This document shows positions 55,263 through 64,000 of a DNA stretch of 64,000 bases, piece after piece. The position numbers and the translations under genes were made by a program. The notes beneath the pieces were generated by a model. The model was not told where the DNA came from. It made no database searches and saw only the letters and a list, made by a program, of their open reading frames with translations. Source of the DNA: an uncultured bacterium (GTDB lineage Bacteria; Zixibacteria; MSB-5A5; UBA10806); assembly GCA_965541585.1 (NCBI GenBank), contig CBEUCH010000001.1, positions 64,001 through 128,000 on the forward strand, written 5' to 3'. Position 1 is the first letter of the stretch; each line of letters begins with the position of its first letter.

Positions 55263-57995
55263 ATGAATAGAGAGCTTGATTTTAACGCTCAAAGCGTAAA
55301 TGACGCCATAGAAGGTCAGATGCAACGGGAGGGAATAAAGCCCAAACCGGTAAAGCCGCTCATTGCACCCGTACTAGCCAAACCCCATACCGCGATTTAT
55401 AAAATGCATCGCTACTATGCCAGAAGGCCTCATAATGTTTTTGCGAAACTGATTGAGCATTACACCAACCCAGGAGATATTGTTCTCGACCCGTTCTGCG
55501 GGGGTGGGGTAACTGTGGTAGAAGGATTGAAGCTAAAACGTCGAGTTATCGGGGTAGATATTAATCCTTTGGCGACGTGGATTACGAGAATTGAAGCTGA
55601 GCCCGTTGATTTTGATAAGCTGGCAGCCGTTTTCGGCGATTGGCAACAATGGGTGGAAGGAAATGTTAGCCCCCTTTACAGGACAAAATGCACAAAGTGT
55701 GGCAAAATGGCCGTTGCTGAATGGTACGAATGGTCTAATGTCGTGAAATGCGTCAATTGCGAAAAAGCTGTTGTCTTGGCAGAGGCGAAAAAGCTGCCGA
55801 ATGCTGTTTACGAATGTACCAATAAAAAGTGTAAGGCAAAAATAAAACCGGACAACTGTGAACGCCTGAAAGATAAGATGCTGTCAGTTTTTGTGAATTG
55901 CTCTAAGTGCTCGAAGAAGTATATACGGGATGCTCAGGCCAGCGATATAAGGCTTGCAAAATCCATAGCCAGAGAAGAGAAATTTACAATAAAGAGTAAA
56001 AAACTACGGATTCCGCCAGATAGCTTTCCTGACATGAACTCGGTTCGAGAAAACAATCTTTATTCAAAAGGATTCTACAAATTCCGTGATTATTTCACTC
56101 CAAGGCAGAGGGTGTCGCTGGGATTCATAAAAAAATGGATCTCCAAGAACATAGAAAGAAGCGATGAGGCCATAACAAACGGCATTCTTCATCTATTCTC
56201 CGCCTTGCTGCGTTATTCTAATAAACTCGTATTTAGGAGTCAGGGATGGCAAGGAGGTAATCCTATTGAATGGGCTGGTCATATTTATTGGCCGCCGGAA
56301 GTTTATGTGGAAATGTCACCCCTGCCGCCTATGCTGAGGCGATACGCAGCTCTTAAAGCAGGAAAACGCGAGCAGAACAAATGTGTTGGAAGTTTCTATC
56401 GGCCTCCGAAAGGACCCAGACCATGGGAAGAGATAACAGAAAAGGCCACCTGTTGGTTGCTTACTCAATCTAGTCATGAGTTGAGAATACCAGATAACTC
56501 GGTTGATGCAGTAATAACGGATCCACCGTTTGGTGGCAATGTACAATATGGGGAGCTGTCGGATTTCTATTTGGTATGGATCAAGGAATTTCTGGATCTT
56601 AAGAATGGGGTGGACAAGGAATTTGAGGCCATTGAAACAAGACATCAAGGATTCGAAGGGGCGAAAGACAGAGCCTTTTATGAGGAAATGCTTTTCAGAG
56701 TGTTCAAAGAATGCCGAAGGGTAATCAAGCCGGATGGATGGATGGTCCTGACATTCCATAACAAAGATGTTGGTGTTTGGATGGCTATGAACCGGGCAGC
56801 TATCAGGGCCGGTTTCAGACTTCCCACTGTTGATGAGTGCAAGAATAGAGGAATGGTGTATCAACCTCCAATTGAAAACTATACGCAAACAATACATCAA
56901 AAAAGAACCGGTTCAATGTTAGGAGATTTCATTCTTTCATTCCGACCCCATCAGCCGATTTCCGAATTGGATGCCATAAAAGAACAACTATCTATCGATG
57001 AAGAAAAAGAGCTACTAGAGAAATGTGAAGAGATAATAAGATATAATGGTGGTGCTGACGAGACAACTTTGATGACAGGTTTGTTGCCATACTTTTCGCA
57101 AAAAGGACTATTAGCACGGTTGGCGAAGTTTGATCTAAGGTTACTCTTGTCTAATGGAAAGTATGTCTTTATTAAGAGAGAAAAAAAATGGTTCATGCGA
57201 GATATGGTGGAGGAATCAGGAGCGCTAAAATATATAGATATAATCCCTGCTGAGAATCTAACACAGCAGCTAATTTACAGCCATCTGGCTGAACATAGAA
57301 GAGCCTCACTTGATGAGTTGCTCGTTGTAATTTATTCGCAGTTAGTTAATTCCTATAGGCCCCAAATGACAACAATTGGCAAGGTTCTGAATAAATATTG
57401 CAAAAAGACAAAAGTTAAGGGCCATAAACGAGAATTATACGTATGGAATCCCAAAGCCAAGACCCCTGAGGAGATTGAAAGAGTATTGGCCGCCCAAACT
57501 GCATTAGATTTGGCGGCCCTTGTGGTCAGTGACCACGATAGCATAATAAAGATTATTTCGGAATTCGCAATAAAAGCGGGCTATAATGTTCATATAGGCG
57601 AAACTGAGCAAAGAAAATCCCCAAAATTAGAAGCAATAAGCGTAAAGTTAACCGGTCTGGAATTGGGCTTATCCCCTGAGACCTTTAGATTGATAAAAGA
57701 AATAGACACAATTATTTTGAAAGGTTTTAATAATATGTTGGCTGCTGTTGAGGTGGCAACTACGATCTCTACCTTTAATAAGGCCGTAAATGACAGATTC
57801 AGGAATTTGCTTACGATTGCACCGAATCTAGATGTAAAATTAAACGCTGTTGTTTCAGATAATGATTTCGATAAAGCCTATAAAGAATTATACACGCCTG
57901 CGAACGTGAAATCTGGTCTTGCGAAAAAAGTGAATTTGATTAAGATTAGCGAGCTAAATACTCAAGATTTCTTAAGGAAAGTTGTCGGTGGCTAG
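55263..57995 (+). CDS. Amino (N6/N4) DNA methyltransferase with zinc-ribbon insert and C-terminal restriction-endonuclease-like domain
   Basis: Motif I VLDPFCGGG; four Cys pairs; motif IV TDPPF; C-terminal H...G..V.IG...EID...VEV segment; AT-rich. Confidence 0.8.
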   Translation: MNRELDFNAQSVNDAIEGQMQREGIKPKPVKPLIAPVLAKPHTAIYKMHRYYARRPHNVFAKLIEHYTNPGDIVLDPFCGGGVTVVEGLKLKRRVIGVDINPLATWITRIEAEPVDFDKLAAVFGDWQQWVEGNVSPLYRTKCTKCGKMAVAEWYEWSNVVKCVNCEKAVVLAEAKKLPNAVYECTNKKCKAKIKPDNCERLKDKMLSVFVNCSKCSKKYIRDAQASDIRLAKSIAREEKFTIKSKKLRIPPDSFPDMNSVRENNLYSKGFYKFRDYFTPRQRVSLGFIKKWISKNIERSDEAITNGILHLFSALLRYSNKLVFRSQGWQGGNPIEWAGHIYWPPEVYVEMSPLPPMLRRYAALKAGKREQNKCVGSFYRPPKGPRPWEEITEKATCWLLTQSSHELRIPDNSVDAVITDPPFGGNVQYGELSDFYLVWIKEFLDLKNGVDKEFEAIETRHQGFEGAKDRAFYEEMLFRVFKECRRVIKPDGWMVLTFHNKDVGVWMAMNRAAIRAGFRLPTVDECKNRGMVYQPPIENYTQTIHQKRTGSMLGDFILSFRPHQPISELDAIKEQLSIDEEKELLEKCEEIIRYNGGADETTLMTGLLPYFSQKGLLARLAKFDLRLLLSNGKYVFIKREKKWFMRDMVEESGALKYIDIIPAENLTQQLIYSHLAEHRRASLDELLVVIYSQLVNSYRPQMTTIGKVLNKYCKKTKVKGHKRELYVWNPKAKTPEEIERVLAAQTALDLAALVVSDHDSIIKIISEFAIKAGYNVHIGETEQRKSPKLEAISVKLTGLELGLSPETFRLIKEIDTIILKGFNNMLAAVEVATTISTFNKAVNDRFRNLLTIAPNLDVKLNAVVSDNDFDKAYKELYTPANVKSGLAKKVNLIKISELNTQDFLRKVVGG

Positions 57996-58033
57996 GTATG
58001 ATAAAATCGCAAGATAACCACAGAGGGGAAACG

Positions 58034-58273
58034 ATGGAGGAATATTCAGGCGAAGGGCAGGAGGTCAATCCGCTAGCCCTGGGAGCAGCATACCTCGATT
58101 ATTGTGTCAGGCAGGGATGGCTGACCAAAACAGGCGAAGGCGATACGTCCCAGTATAGTCTGACTCCCGATGGCGAAAAGAAACTGGCGGATGTTCCCTT
58201 CAATTTCGATCTGTCAGCGTTGACCAGAACAGGAGAAGAGCCGAAACGCCGGCGAAGACGCCGGAAATCGTAG
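58034..58273 (+). CDS. Small hypothetical protein, winged-helix-like with Arg-rich tail
   Basis: GAGGGG RBS; GWL.K....YSLTPDGEKKL; KRRRRRRKS end. Confidence 0.65.
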   Translation: MEEYSGEGQEVNPLALGAAYLDYCVRQGWLTKTGEGDTSQYSLTPDGEKKLADVPFNFDLSALTRTGEEPKRRRRRRKS

Positions 58274-58389
58274 GCCGGACCGCCCGGCGCCTGGCAAGCG
58301 AGGGGTAGAGAGTATCTGCTGCATATCGGGCACTCCCAATGTTTTGTCAGGTTTTTTCTAAAACGAGATAGAACCGATCGAGGGATATT

Positions 58390-59202
58390 GTGAAGTGGAT
58401 GGCGAATTTCTTCAGTGACGTGGGCGGGAGCCTGGCAGGCGGCGATTTCTACGGTAAGGCGCTTTCCTATTCAGCAGCGAGATGTTGGCGATATATGCTG
58501 ACGCTGCTTTTCATAATTTCATTGATTCATACTGTTCACTATCTGGGTTTCATGGCGGAATACCATCAGAAGGTTGTTGATTTATTCGAATATAACAACT
58601 ATGAGGTTGTTTTTGAAGAAGGTGTTATAACAAATACCCCGGCGAATCCCAGGTTCATAACCTTCGAAGGTGATACCATGGTCGTCTGGGAGTGGATTCG
58701 AGAAATGTCGGATGCCGACAGCCTCAAAGAATTGCATCCCGATATAAACGTATATATCGGGCCGAAAGGCATTGTCAGGCTTGGAGGCCCGTCTCCATAC
58801 TATAGAGAATATCCTCATGATTTGACCCTGACCATCGACGCCGACTATGTGAGAACACTGAAGACGTCTTATAGCTGGATTGTCTTTCTGTTTCTGTTCG
58901 TAATGTTATTCATTGTCTCGCTTTTCTGGACTGCCGCGGTAATCCTGATTTTTATTGCTCCGGTGCTGGCCATCAAATTCTCAAAGGTCGGTCTTAAGTT
59001 CGGCGGCATCTGGAAGCTGGGAATGTTCCTGGTGAGTTATCATTTGATTCTTATCACCATATTCACGCTATATAACATTAGAATCCCCTATCTATGGGTT
59101 TATAATTTTCCTTTATATATTTTCATAATAGCGCTGCTGGTAAAGATAAGGCCGGAGGATCTGAACCCCGAGACAAAAACAGGGGATAGATTTGTCCGAT
59201 GA
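58390..59202 (+). CDS. Membrane protein (DUF1189-like topology)
   Basis: N-terminal TM helix, periplasmic domain, several C-terminal TM helices. Confidence 0.6.
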   Translation: MKWMANFFSDVGGSLAGGDFYGKALSYSAARCWRYMLTLLFIISLIHTVHYLGFMAEYHQKVVDLFEYNNYEVVFEEGVITNTPANPRFITFEGDTMVVWEWIREMSDADSLKELHPDINVYIGPKGIVRLGGPSPYYREYPHDLTLTIDADYVRTLKTSYSWIVFLFLFVMLFIVSLFWTAAVILIFIAPVLAIKFSKVGLKFGGIWKLGMFLVSYHLILITIFTLYNIRIPYLWVYNFPLYIFIIALLVKIRPEDLNPETKTGDRFVR

Positions 59203-59332
59203 TCGGCATCCCGCAGGCATTTCCGGGCTTCGATCCTTTCAATCACAGCGGCGAGTATAAAGGATATCGGTTTTCAAAATACGCTGATGGGATTGATTCC
59301 CTGACAAATCCGAGATGACAGCAGAGGAGAAC

Positions 59333-60607
59333 GTGGCTCAAACAATTGCACAGAAAATATTAGCTGACCATGCCGGACGTGAAGAGGTTACGCCGGGGGA
59401 GATAGTCACCGTTCCCGTGGATATTGCTATGGCCAATGAGCTATCCGCAGCGCTTTCGATTAAAGAGTTGGGCAAGTGGGGAGTGGATAAGCTGTTCGAT
59501 CCGGAGAAGATCAGCCTGATACCGGACCATTTCACTCCTGCAAAAGATATCAACGCGGCCGGTATCGCGAAATTGGTCAGAGACTTTGCGAAGAAGCACG
59601 ATGTCAAATGGTATTTCGAGGTCGGTCGGGCTGGAATAGAACATGCCGTGTTACCGTTGGAGGGTGTAATTCTGCCCGGTCAGATCATGATAGGCGGCGA
59701 TTCGCATACCTGCACCGCCGGGGCTATTAACTGCTTCGCCACAGGTGTAGGATCGACCGATATCGCCTGCGCCTGGGCCACCGGCGAGGCCTGGCTTAAA
59801 GTGCCGCAATCGGCAAGGCTAACATACACCGGCAGTCTCAAGCCGCACGTTTATGGTAAGGATCTGATTCTTTATGCTCTCAAGGACCTGACGGTCTCGG
59901 GCGCGACATATATGTCCATCGAATATCATGGGGACGTCTTCAATAATCTGTCGATGGCCGACAGATTCGCCATGGCGAATATGGCTATTGAAGCCGGAGC
60001 GAAAACGGGCATTTTTAATTTCGACGAAAAAACGAAGACACTGGTAGAATCGACCCCCAGATTCAAATCCGAAAAGCCAGCATACAAAACGTATGCTGCA
60101 GATGACGGTGCTCAATATGCGCTTCAGAGAAATTACGATGTATCAAATATCGAACCCCAGGTAGCCTGTCCGAATTCCCCCGATAATGTCAGGCCGGTAT
60201 CTGAAGTCCGCGACGTAAAGATCGACCAGGTTGTGATAGGGGCCTGCACAAATGGATGGCTGGAGGATATGATCCGGGCGGCGGAAGTTTTCAAGGGCAG
60301 GAAGATTCATAGTGATGTTCGCGTTATAGTGATACCGGGTTCGCAGGCAATCGCCAGGGAAGCGTTCGAGTTAAATATCCCGCAGATTTATATCGATGCC
60401 GGCTGTGTTTTTTCAACCTCGACCTGTGGGCCATGTTTGGGAGGGCATATGGGGGTTCTGGGGGATAACGAGGTCTGCGTCTCCACCACCAACCGAAATT
60501 TCAGCGGCAGGATGGGACACATAACATCGAAAGTATACCTGACCAACCCGGCGATAGCAGCGGCTTCCGCCGTATTGGGGCGAGTGGGTTCACCTGATGA
60601 ACTATAG
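59333..60607 (+). CDS. leuC: 3-isopropylmalate dehydratase / homoaconitase family large subunit
   Basis: DSHTCT, IGACTNG, CGPCLGGHMG, STTNRNF; GTG start behind GAGGAG. Confidence 0.9.
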   Translation: MAQTIAQKILADHAGREEVTPGEIVTVPVDIAMANELSAALSIKELGKWGVDKLFDPEKISLIPDHFTPAKDINAAGIAKLVRDFAKKHDVKWYFEVGRAGIEHAVLPLEGVILPGQIMIGGDSHTCTAGAINCFATGVGSTDIACAWATGEAWLKVPQSARLTYTGSLKPHVYGKDLILYALKDLTVSGATYMSIEYHGDVFNNLSMADRFAMANMAIEAGAKTGIFNFDEKTKTLVESTPRFKSEKPAYKTYAADDGAQYALQRNYDVSNIEPQVACPNSPDNVRPVSEVRDVKIDQVVIGACTNGWLEDMIRAAEVFKGRKIHSDVRVIVIPGSQAIAREAFELNIPQIYIDAGCVFSTSTCGPCLGGHMGVLGDNEVCVSTTNRNFSGRMGHITSKVYLTNPAIAAASAVLGRVGSPDEL

Positions 60608-60628
60608 TAGATATAAGGCTCGATCCGG

Positions 60629-61630
60629 ATGAAAGTTGCTGTAACAGGGGCCGGAGGATACCTGGGCAGAGCGCTGGTCTATCGACTGCTCGCTTCTGGA
60701 TTCGAGCCGTTCGCTATTGTCAAAAAGGAATCCGACGCTCTAGAGTATGAGGGCAAAGGGATCAATTCGGTATGCCGCGACCTTTCGGTAGAGAATGATT
60801 ACAATGGCTTATTAGATGGCTGCAAGGCCCTGGTGCACTGCGCGGCGTTAAGGCGCGATTATGGACGGTGGGAGGATTTCAAAAGAACAAATATCGATAT
60901 TACACGCCTGGTAATGGAATGCGCATTAAATAAGAAACTCGAAAAGATCATTCATATTTCCACGGCATCGATATATGGCAATGACCGAAGCCACTACGGG
61001 ACGGACGAGGAAGCCGATTACGGCCAAAGAGTGGTGGATTATTACACACGTTCCAAGATAGAGGCCGATAAGATCGTTTCCGGTCTTATAAAGTATAAGG
61101 ATTTTCCCGGGGTGATTCTTCGGCCGGGATATATCTGGGGTCCCGGCGGTCAGACGATAATCCCCTTTATCGTGGAGCGCTTAAGATCGGGAAGGCTGGT
61201 GCTGGTGGAGGACGGCGAGAATTTGCTATCACTTACCTTCATTGACAACGTGGTCGACGCGATCATGTTGGCGCTTAAGAATAAAGAAGCAACCGGGCGA
61301 ATTTTCAACATTACCGATGGTTCCAAGGTAACATCGAAACGGTTTATCAACGATATAATGTCCGTGCTGGGGATAGATGTGAAGCTTAAGGCTGTACCGT
61401 ATCCGTTGATATATTCGATGGCATATCTGCTCGAGCGTTATTATGGAGCTGCGCGTAAATCGACTCCGCCGCCTTATACTCGGTTCGCCGCGAGATTTCT
61501 CAAGTACAGTGCGGTTTTTGATATCTCCCGGGCCATATATGATCTCGGTTATCAACCGAAGATCTCGTATAAGGCCGGAATGACATTTATAACGCCATAC
61601 CTGCGGTCGCTTTATTACGGCATTAAATAG
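60629..61630 (+). CDS. NAD-dependent epimerase/dehydratase (3-beta-HSD-like extended SDR)
   Basis: TGAGGYLG, YTRSK, LRPGYIWGPG. Confidence 0.88.
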   Translation: MKVAVTGAGGYLGRALVYRLLASGFEPFAIVKKESDALEYEGKGINSVCRDLSVENDYNGLLDGCKALVHCAALRRDYGRWEDFKRTNIDITRLVMECALNKKLEKIIHISTASIYGNDRSHYGTDEEADYGQRVVDYYTRSKIEADKIVSGLIKYKDFPGVILRPGYIWGPGGQTIIPFIVERLRSGRLVLVEDGENLLSLTFIDNVVDAIMLALKNKEATGRIFNITDGSKVTSKRFINDIMSVLGIDVKLKAVPYPLIYSMAYLLERYYGAARKSTPPPYTRFAARFLKYSAVFDISRAIYDLGYQPKISYKAGMTFITPYLRSLYYGIK

Positions 61631-61647
61631 AACGCCGGGGAGGATAG

Positions 61648-62145
61648 ATGAAGCTTTCTGGAAAGGTCTACAGAGTGGAGGATAACATTAATACCGACAT
61701 TATCCTGCCGGGTCGATGGTGCCACCTGACGGATGAAACCGAGCTGGCCAAACACTGCATGGAGGATTACGACAAGGATTTTCACCTAAATTTCAAACGA
61801 GGTGATATAATAGTAGCCGATGAGAATTTCGGCTGTGGATCATCGCGGGAGGTGGCGCCGCTTTCTATGAGGGCGGCCGGTATCTCTGCGGTGGTAGCCA
61901 AATCGTTCGCCCGAATATTCTACAGAAACAGCATAAATATCGGATTGCCGATATTCGAATCGCCGGAATGTGTCGATGCTACCGAGGCCGGTGACGAGCT
62001 TCGGATAGACATTTTCGAAGGAAAAATTGTCAATGTTACAAAAGGGAAAGAGTTCGAGTTCGTGCCGTTTCCGCCGTTTATGAAAACTATAATCGAGAAA
62101 GGCGGCCTTAAGGGCTGGGTGATGGAGAAGCTGGGGAAGGCATGA
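61648..62145 (+). CDS. leuD: 3-isopropylmalate dehydratase family small subunit
   Basis: NINTDII.P, NFGCGSSRE, SFARIFYRNSINIGLP. Confidence 0.9.
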   Translation: MKLSGKVYRVEDNINTDIILPGRWCHLTDETELAKHCMEDYDKDFHLNFKRGDIIVADENFGCGSSREVAPLSMRAAGISAVVAKSFARIFYRNSINIGLPIFESPECVDATEAGDELRIDIFEGKIVNVTKGKEFEFVPFPPFMKTIIEKGGLKGWVMEKLGKA

Positions 62146-62206
62146 GAAAATACGCTGATATTGATATGTATCGTTTTGCAGTTATTGAAATATCGAGAGG
62201 AAGATC

Positions 62207-63262
62207 ATGTATAAAATCGCGGTAATAGGTGGTGACGGCATAGGGCCGGAGGTCACATGGGAAGCCCTCAAAGTCTTGAACAGGGCCTCGGAATTATATG
62301 GATTCAGCTATGATACGACCGAATACCCGTTCGGCTCGGAGCATTATATCAAGACGGGCGAGTTGATGCCTGAATCTGTATATTCGGAATATAAAGAACA
62401 TGACGCTATTTTCTTAGGCGCTATCGGCGATCCGCGGGTGGAGGTTGGCCTGGTGGAGCGGGCGGTGATAGCGGGGATACGGTTCAAACTCGATCTATAT
62501 GTGAACCTGCGGCCTATCAAGCTGTATGCTGAATCACTCTGCCCCATCAAGAATAAGAAAATAGAGGATGTCGATCTGGTGGTGGTGCGCGAAAATACCG
62601 AGGACGTCTACACCGGAATCGGCGGTATCATGAAGAAGGGGACACCTGACGAAATTGCTATAGCCAATATGGTTTTCACCCGTAAGGGATGCGAGCGGGC
62701 GGTGCGTTACGCCTTCGAGATTGCCAAAGCCCGCAATAAGGATAATAAGGTAACGCTGGTCGATAAGGCCAACGCCATCCGCGCCCAGGATATCTGGACC
62801 CGCACCGTGGAGGAGGTCGGCAAAGAGTATCCCGATATCACACATGACCATGCCTATATCGACGCCGCCTGCATGTGGATGGTGAAAAACCCGGAGTGGT
62901 TCGACGTGGTCGTGACCACCAATATATTCGGCGATATTTTTACCGATCTGGGCGCCATGGTGCAGGGCGGTATGGGGATCGCCGCCTCCGGCAATATCCA
63001 TCCCGGCCAGGTCTCCATGTTCGAGCCGATTCACGGTTCCGCCCCCAAGTATAAGGATAAGAACGTCGCCTGTCCCATAGCGGCTATCATGGCGGCACAG
63101 ATGATGCTCGATTTCCTGGGAGAGACAAAGGCCGCTGCGGCTATCGAGGAGGCGGTTACATCGCTTCTGCAATCCGGGCGTATCAAATCCCTCGACGCCA
63201 GATCCGGTATACCTACATCGGAGATGGGGGATATGGTGGTGGCGGAGTTGAAGAGAGAATAG
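62207..63262 (+). CDS. leuB: 3-isopropylmalate dehydrogenase
   Basis: GDGIGPEV, GAIGDP..VER, VRENTE, NIFGDIFTD, FEPIHGSAP. Confidence 0.88.
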   Translation: MYKIAVIGGDGIGPEVTWEALKVLNRASELYGFSYDTTEYPFGSEHYIKTGELMPESVYSEYKEHDAIFLGAIGDPRVEVGLVERAVIAGIRFKLDLYVNLRPIKLYAESLCPIKNKKIEDVDLVVVRENTEDVYTGIGGIMKKGTPDEIAIANMVFTRKGCERAVRYAFEIAKARNKDNKVTLVDKANAIRAQDIWTRTVEEVGKEYPDITHDHAYIDAACMWMVKNPEWFDVVVTTNIFGDIFTDLGAMVQGGMGIAASGNIHPGQVSMFEPIHGSAPKYKDKNVACPIAAIMAAQMMLDFLGETKAAAAIEEAVTSLLQSGRIKSLDARSGIPTSEMGDMVVAELKRE

Positions 63263-63267
63263 CTTGG

Positions 63268-63517
63268 TGTCGGGAGACGAGCTCCCGACCTACGGCGTGG
63301 GATTGTCATTCCCAATCCTACAGATCCGTAGGACTTGATTGGGGATTCCAACGGATCCGTAGGACCAGGACGAGAGGCATTCCGCTGGATTCCCGCGTTC
63401 GCGGGAATGACATGTATGGGCGTCAGGAGCGCAGGCCTATGGCTCGTATGAGGCTCCTGACCTACGGGCTAGGTGTCGGGGGATAAATCCTACGAATCTG
63501 CAGGACTCCCGACCTAC
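63268..63517. repeat. Cluster of four REP-like palindromes (BIME-like)
   Basis: Three GTC(G/A)GG...CC(C/T)GACCTAC hairpins (63268-63293, 63422-63465, 63474-63517) plus a GTCATTCCC...GGGAATGAC element (63302-63412). Confidence 0.85.
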
Positions 63518-63852
63518 GGCAACTCCTCCAGGAACTCCACCGCCCGGCGCATGTGGGGGATGACGATCGAGCCGCCGACCACCAGGGCGACGCTGAAGAT
63601 TTCGAAAAACTCCTCTTTGCTCACACCGTTCTCGTGACACTTGATGATATGGTATTTGACGCAATCGTCGCAGCGAAGCACCATGGACGATGCCAATCCC
63701 AGCATCTCCTTCGTTTTGATATCGAGTGCCCCCGGCTGGTAGGCCATGGTATCCACCGAATAGAATCGCTTTATCGTCTTGTTGTCGGCATCGAGGATTT
63801 TCTGATTCATTCTCTCCCGGTAGCTATTGAATTCATCGAGTAACTTTCCCAT
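63514..63852 (-). CDS. Carboxymuconolactone decarboxylase (AhpD-like) family protein
   Basis: GALDIKTKEMLGL..S.VLRCDDCVKYH...GGSIVIPH; ATG 63852 behind GAGGAG. Confidence 0.88.
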   Translation of the reverse strand: MGKLLDEFNSYRERMNQKILDADNKTIKRFYSVDTMAYQPGALDIKTKEMLGLASSMVLRCDDCVKYHIIKCHENGVSKEEFFEIFSVALVVGGSIVIPHMRRAVEFLEELP

Positions 63853-64000
63853 GTCGGCTCCTCTATTTTTTCTCATATCTTAATTGAAATCAGGTGCCGG
63901 CGCAAAATAAATAAGTAAGCAGCGATGGATGATCCGCTTCGGTCATTACTCTACAATAGCTGCAGTCCTCGCAAAATTGGTTGACTTTCAAGTCGAAATG

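Noticed and set aside
62534..63172. 212-aa antisense ORF in leuB, and the similar 203-aa ORF over crt
   Set aside because: Codon-bias shadows of conserved housekeeping genes
63268..63517. Possible CRISPR array
   Set aside because: Units are variable-length palindromes of mixed families, not identical repeats with uniform spacers

Overview
Gene-dense bacterial chromosomal window with about 55 CDS. Several features suggest an FCB-affiliated lineage such as Zixibacteria (inference): secreted proteins with FlgD/T9SS-type C-terminal domains, a PorV-like barrel, a short sigma-70 lacking region 1.1, and TAnnTTG-like -10 boxes. Contents in order: Wzi- and PorV-like outer-membrane genes, a large S8 peptidase, rubrerythrin, an IPTL-CTERM M4/M36-like protein with substituted catalytic residues, trkAH, an envelope-stress cluster (pspC, two HtrA, sigma-70, PadR, SigW-like ECF with DUF4097), a TPP-riboswitch TonB receptor/SSS operon, a RAYT transposase with flanking palindromes, rarA, lepB, a merA-less mer-like operon, a three-gene cyclic-nucleotide module, thiolase, hbd and crt, an AT-rich solitary DNA methyltransferase with a nuclease-like tail, and leuC-(epimerase)-leuD-leuB. 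No rRNA, tRNA or CRISPR array was seen. The best candidate for an undescribed system is 40826-46832: a cNMP-PAS histidine kinase, DUF3307, and a dual class III cyclase-STAND-TPR protein. Next is a recurring structured leader motif upstream of three secreted-protein genes. All product calls come from motif recognition by eye; no database search was run.
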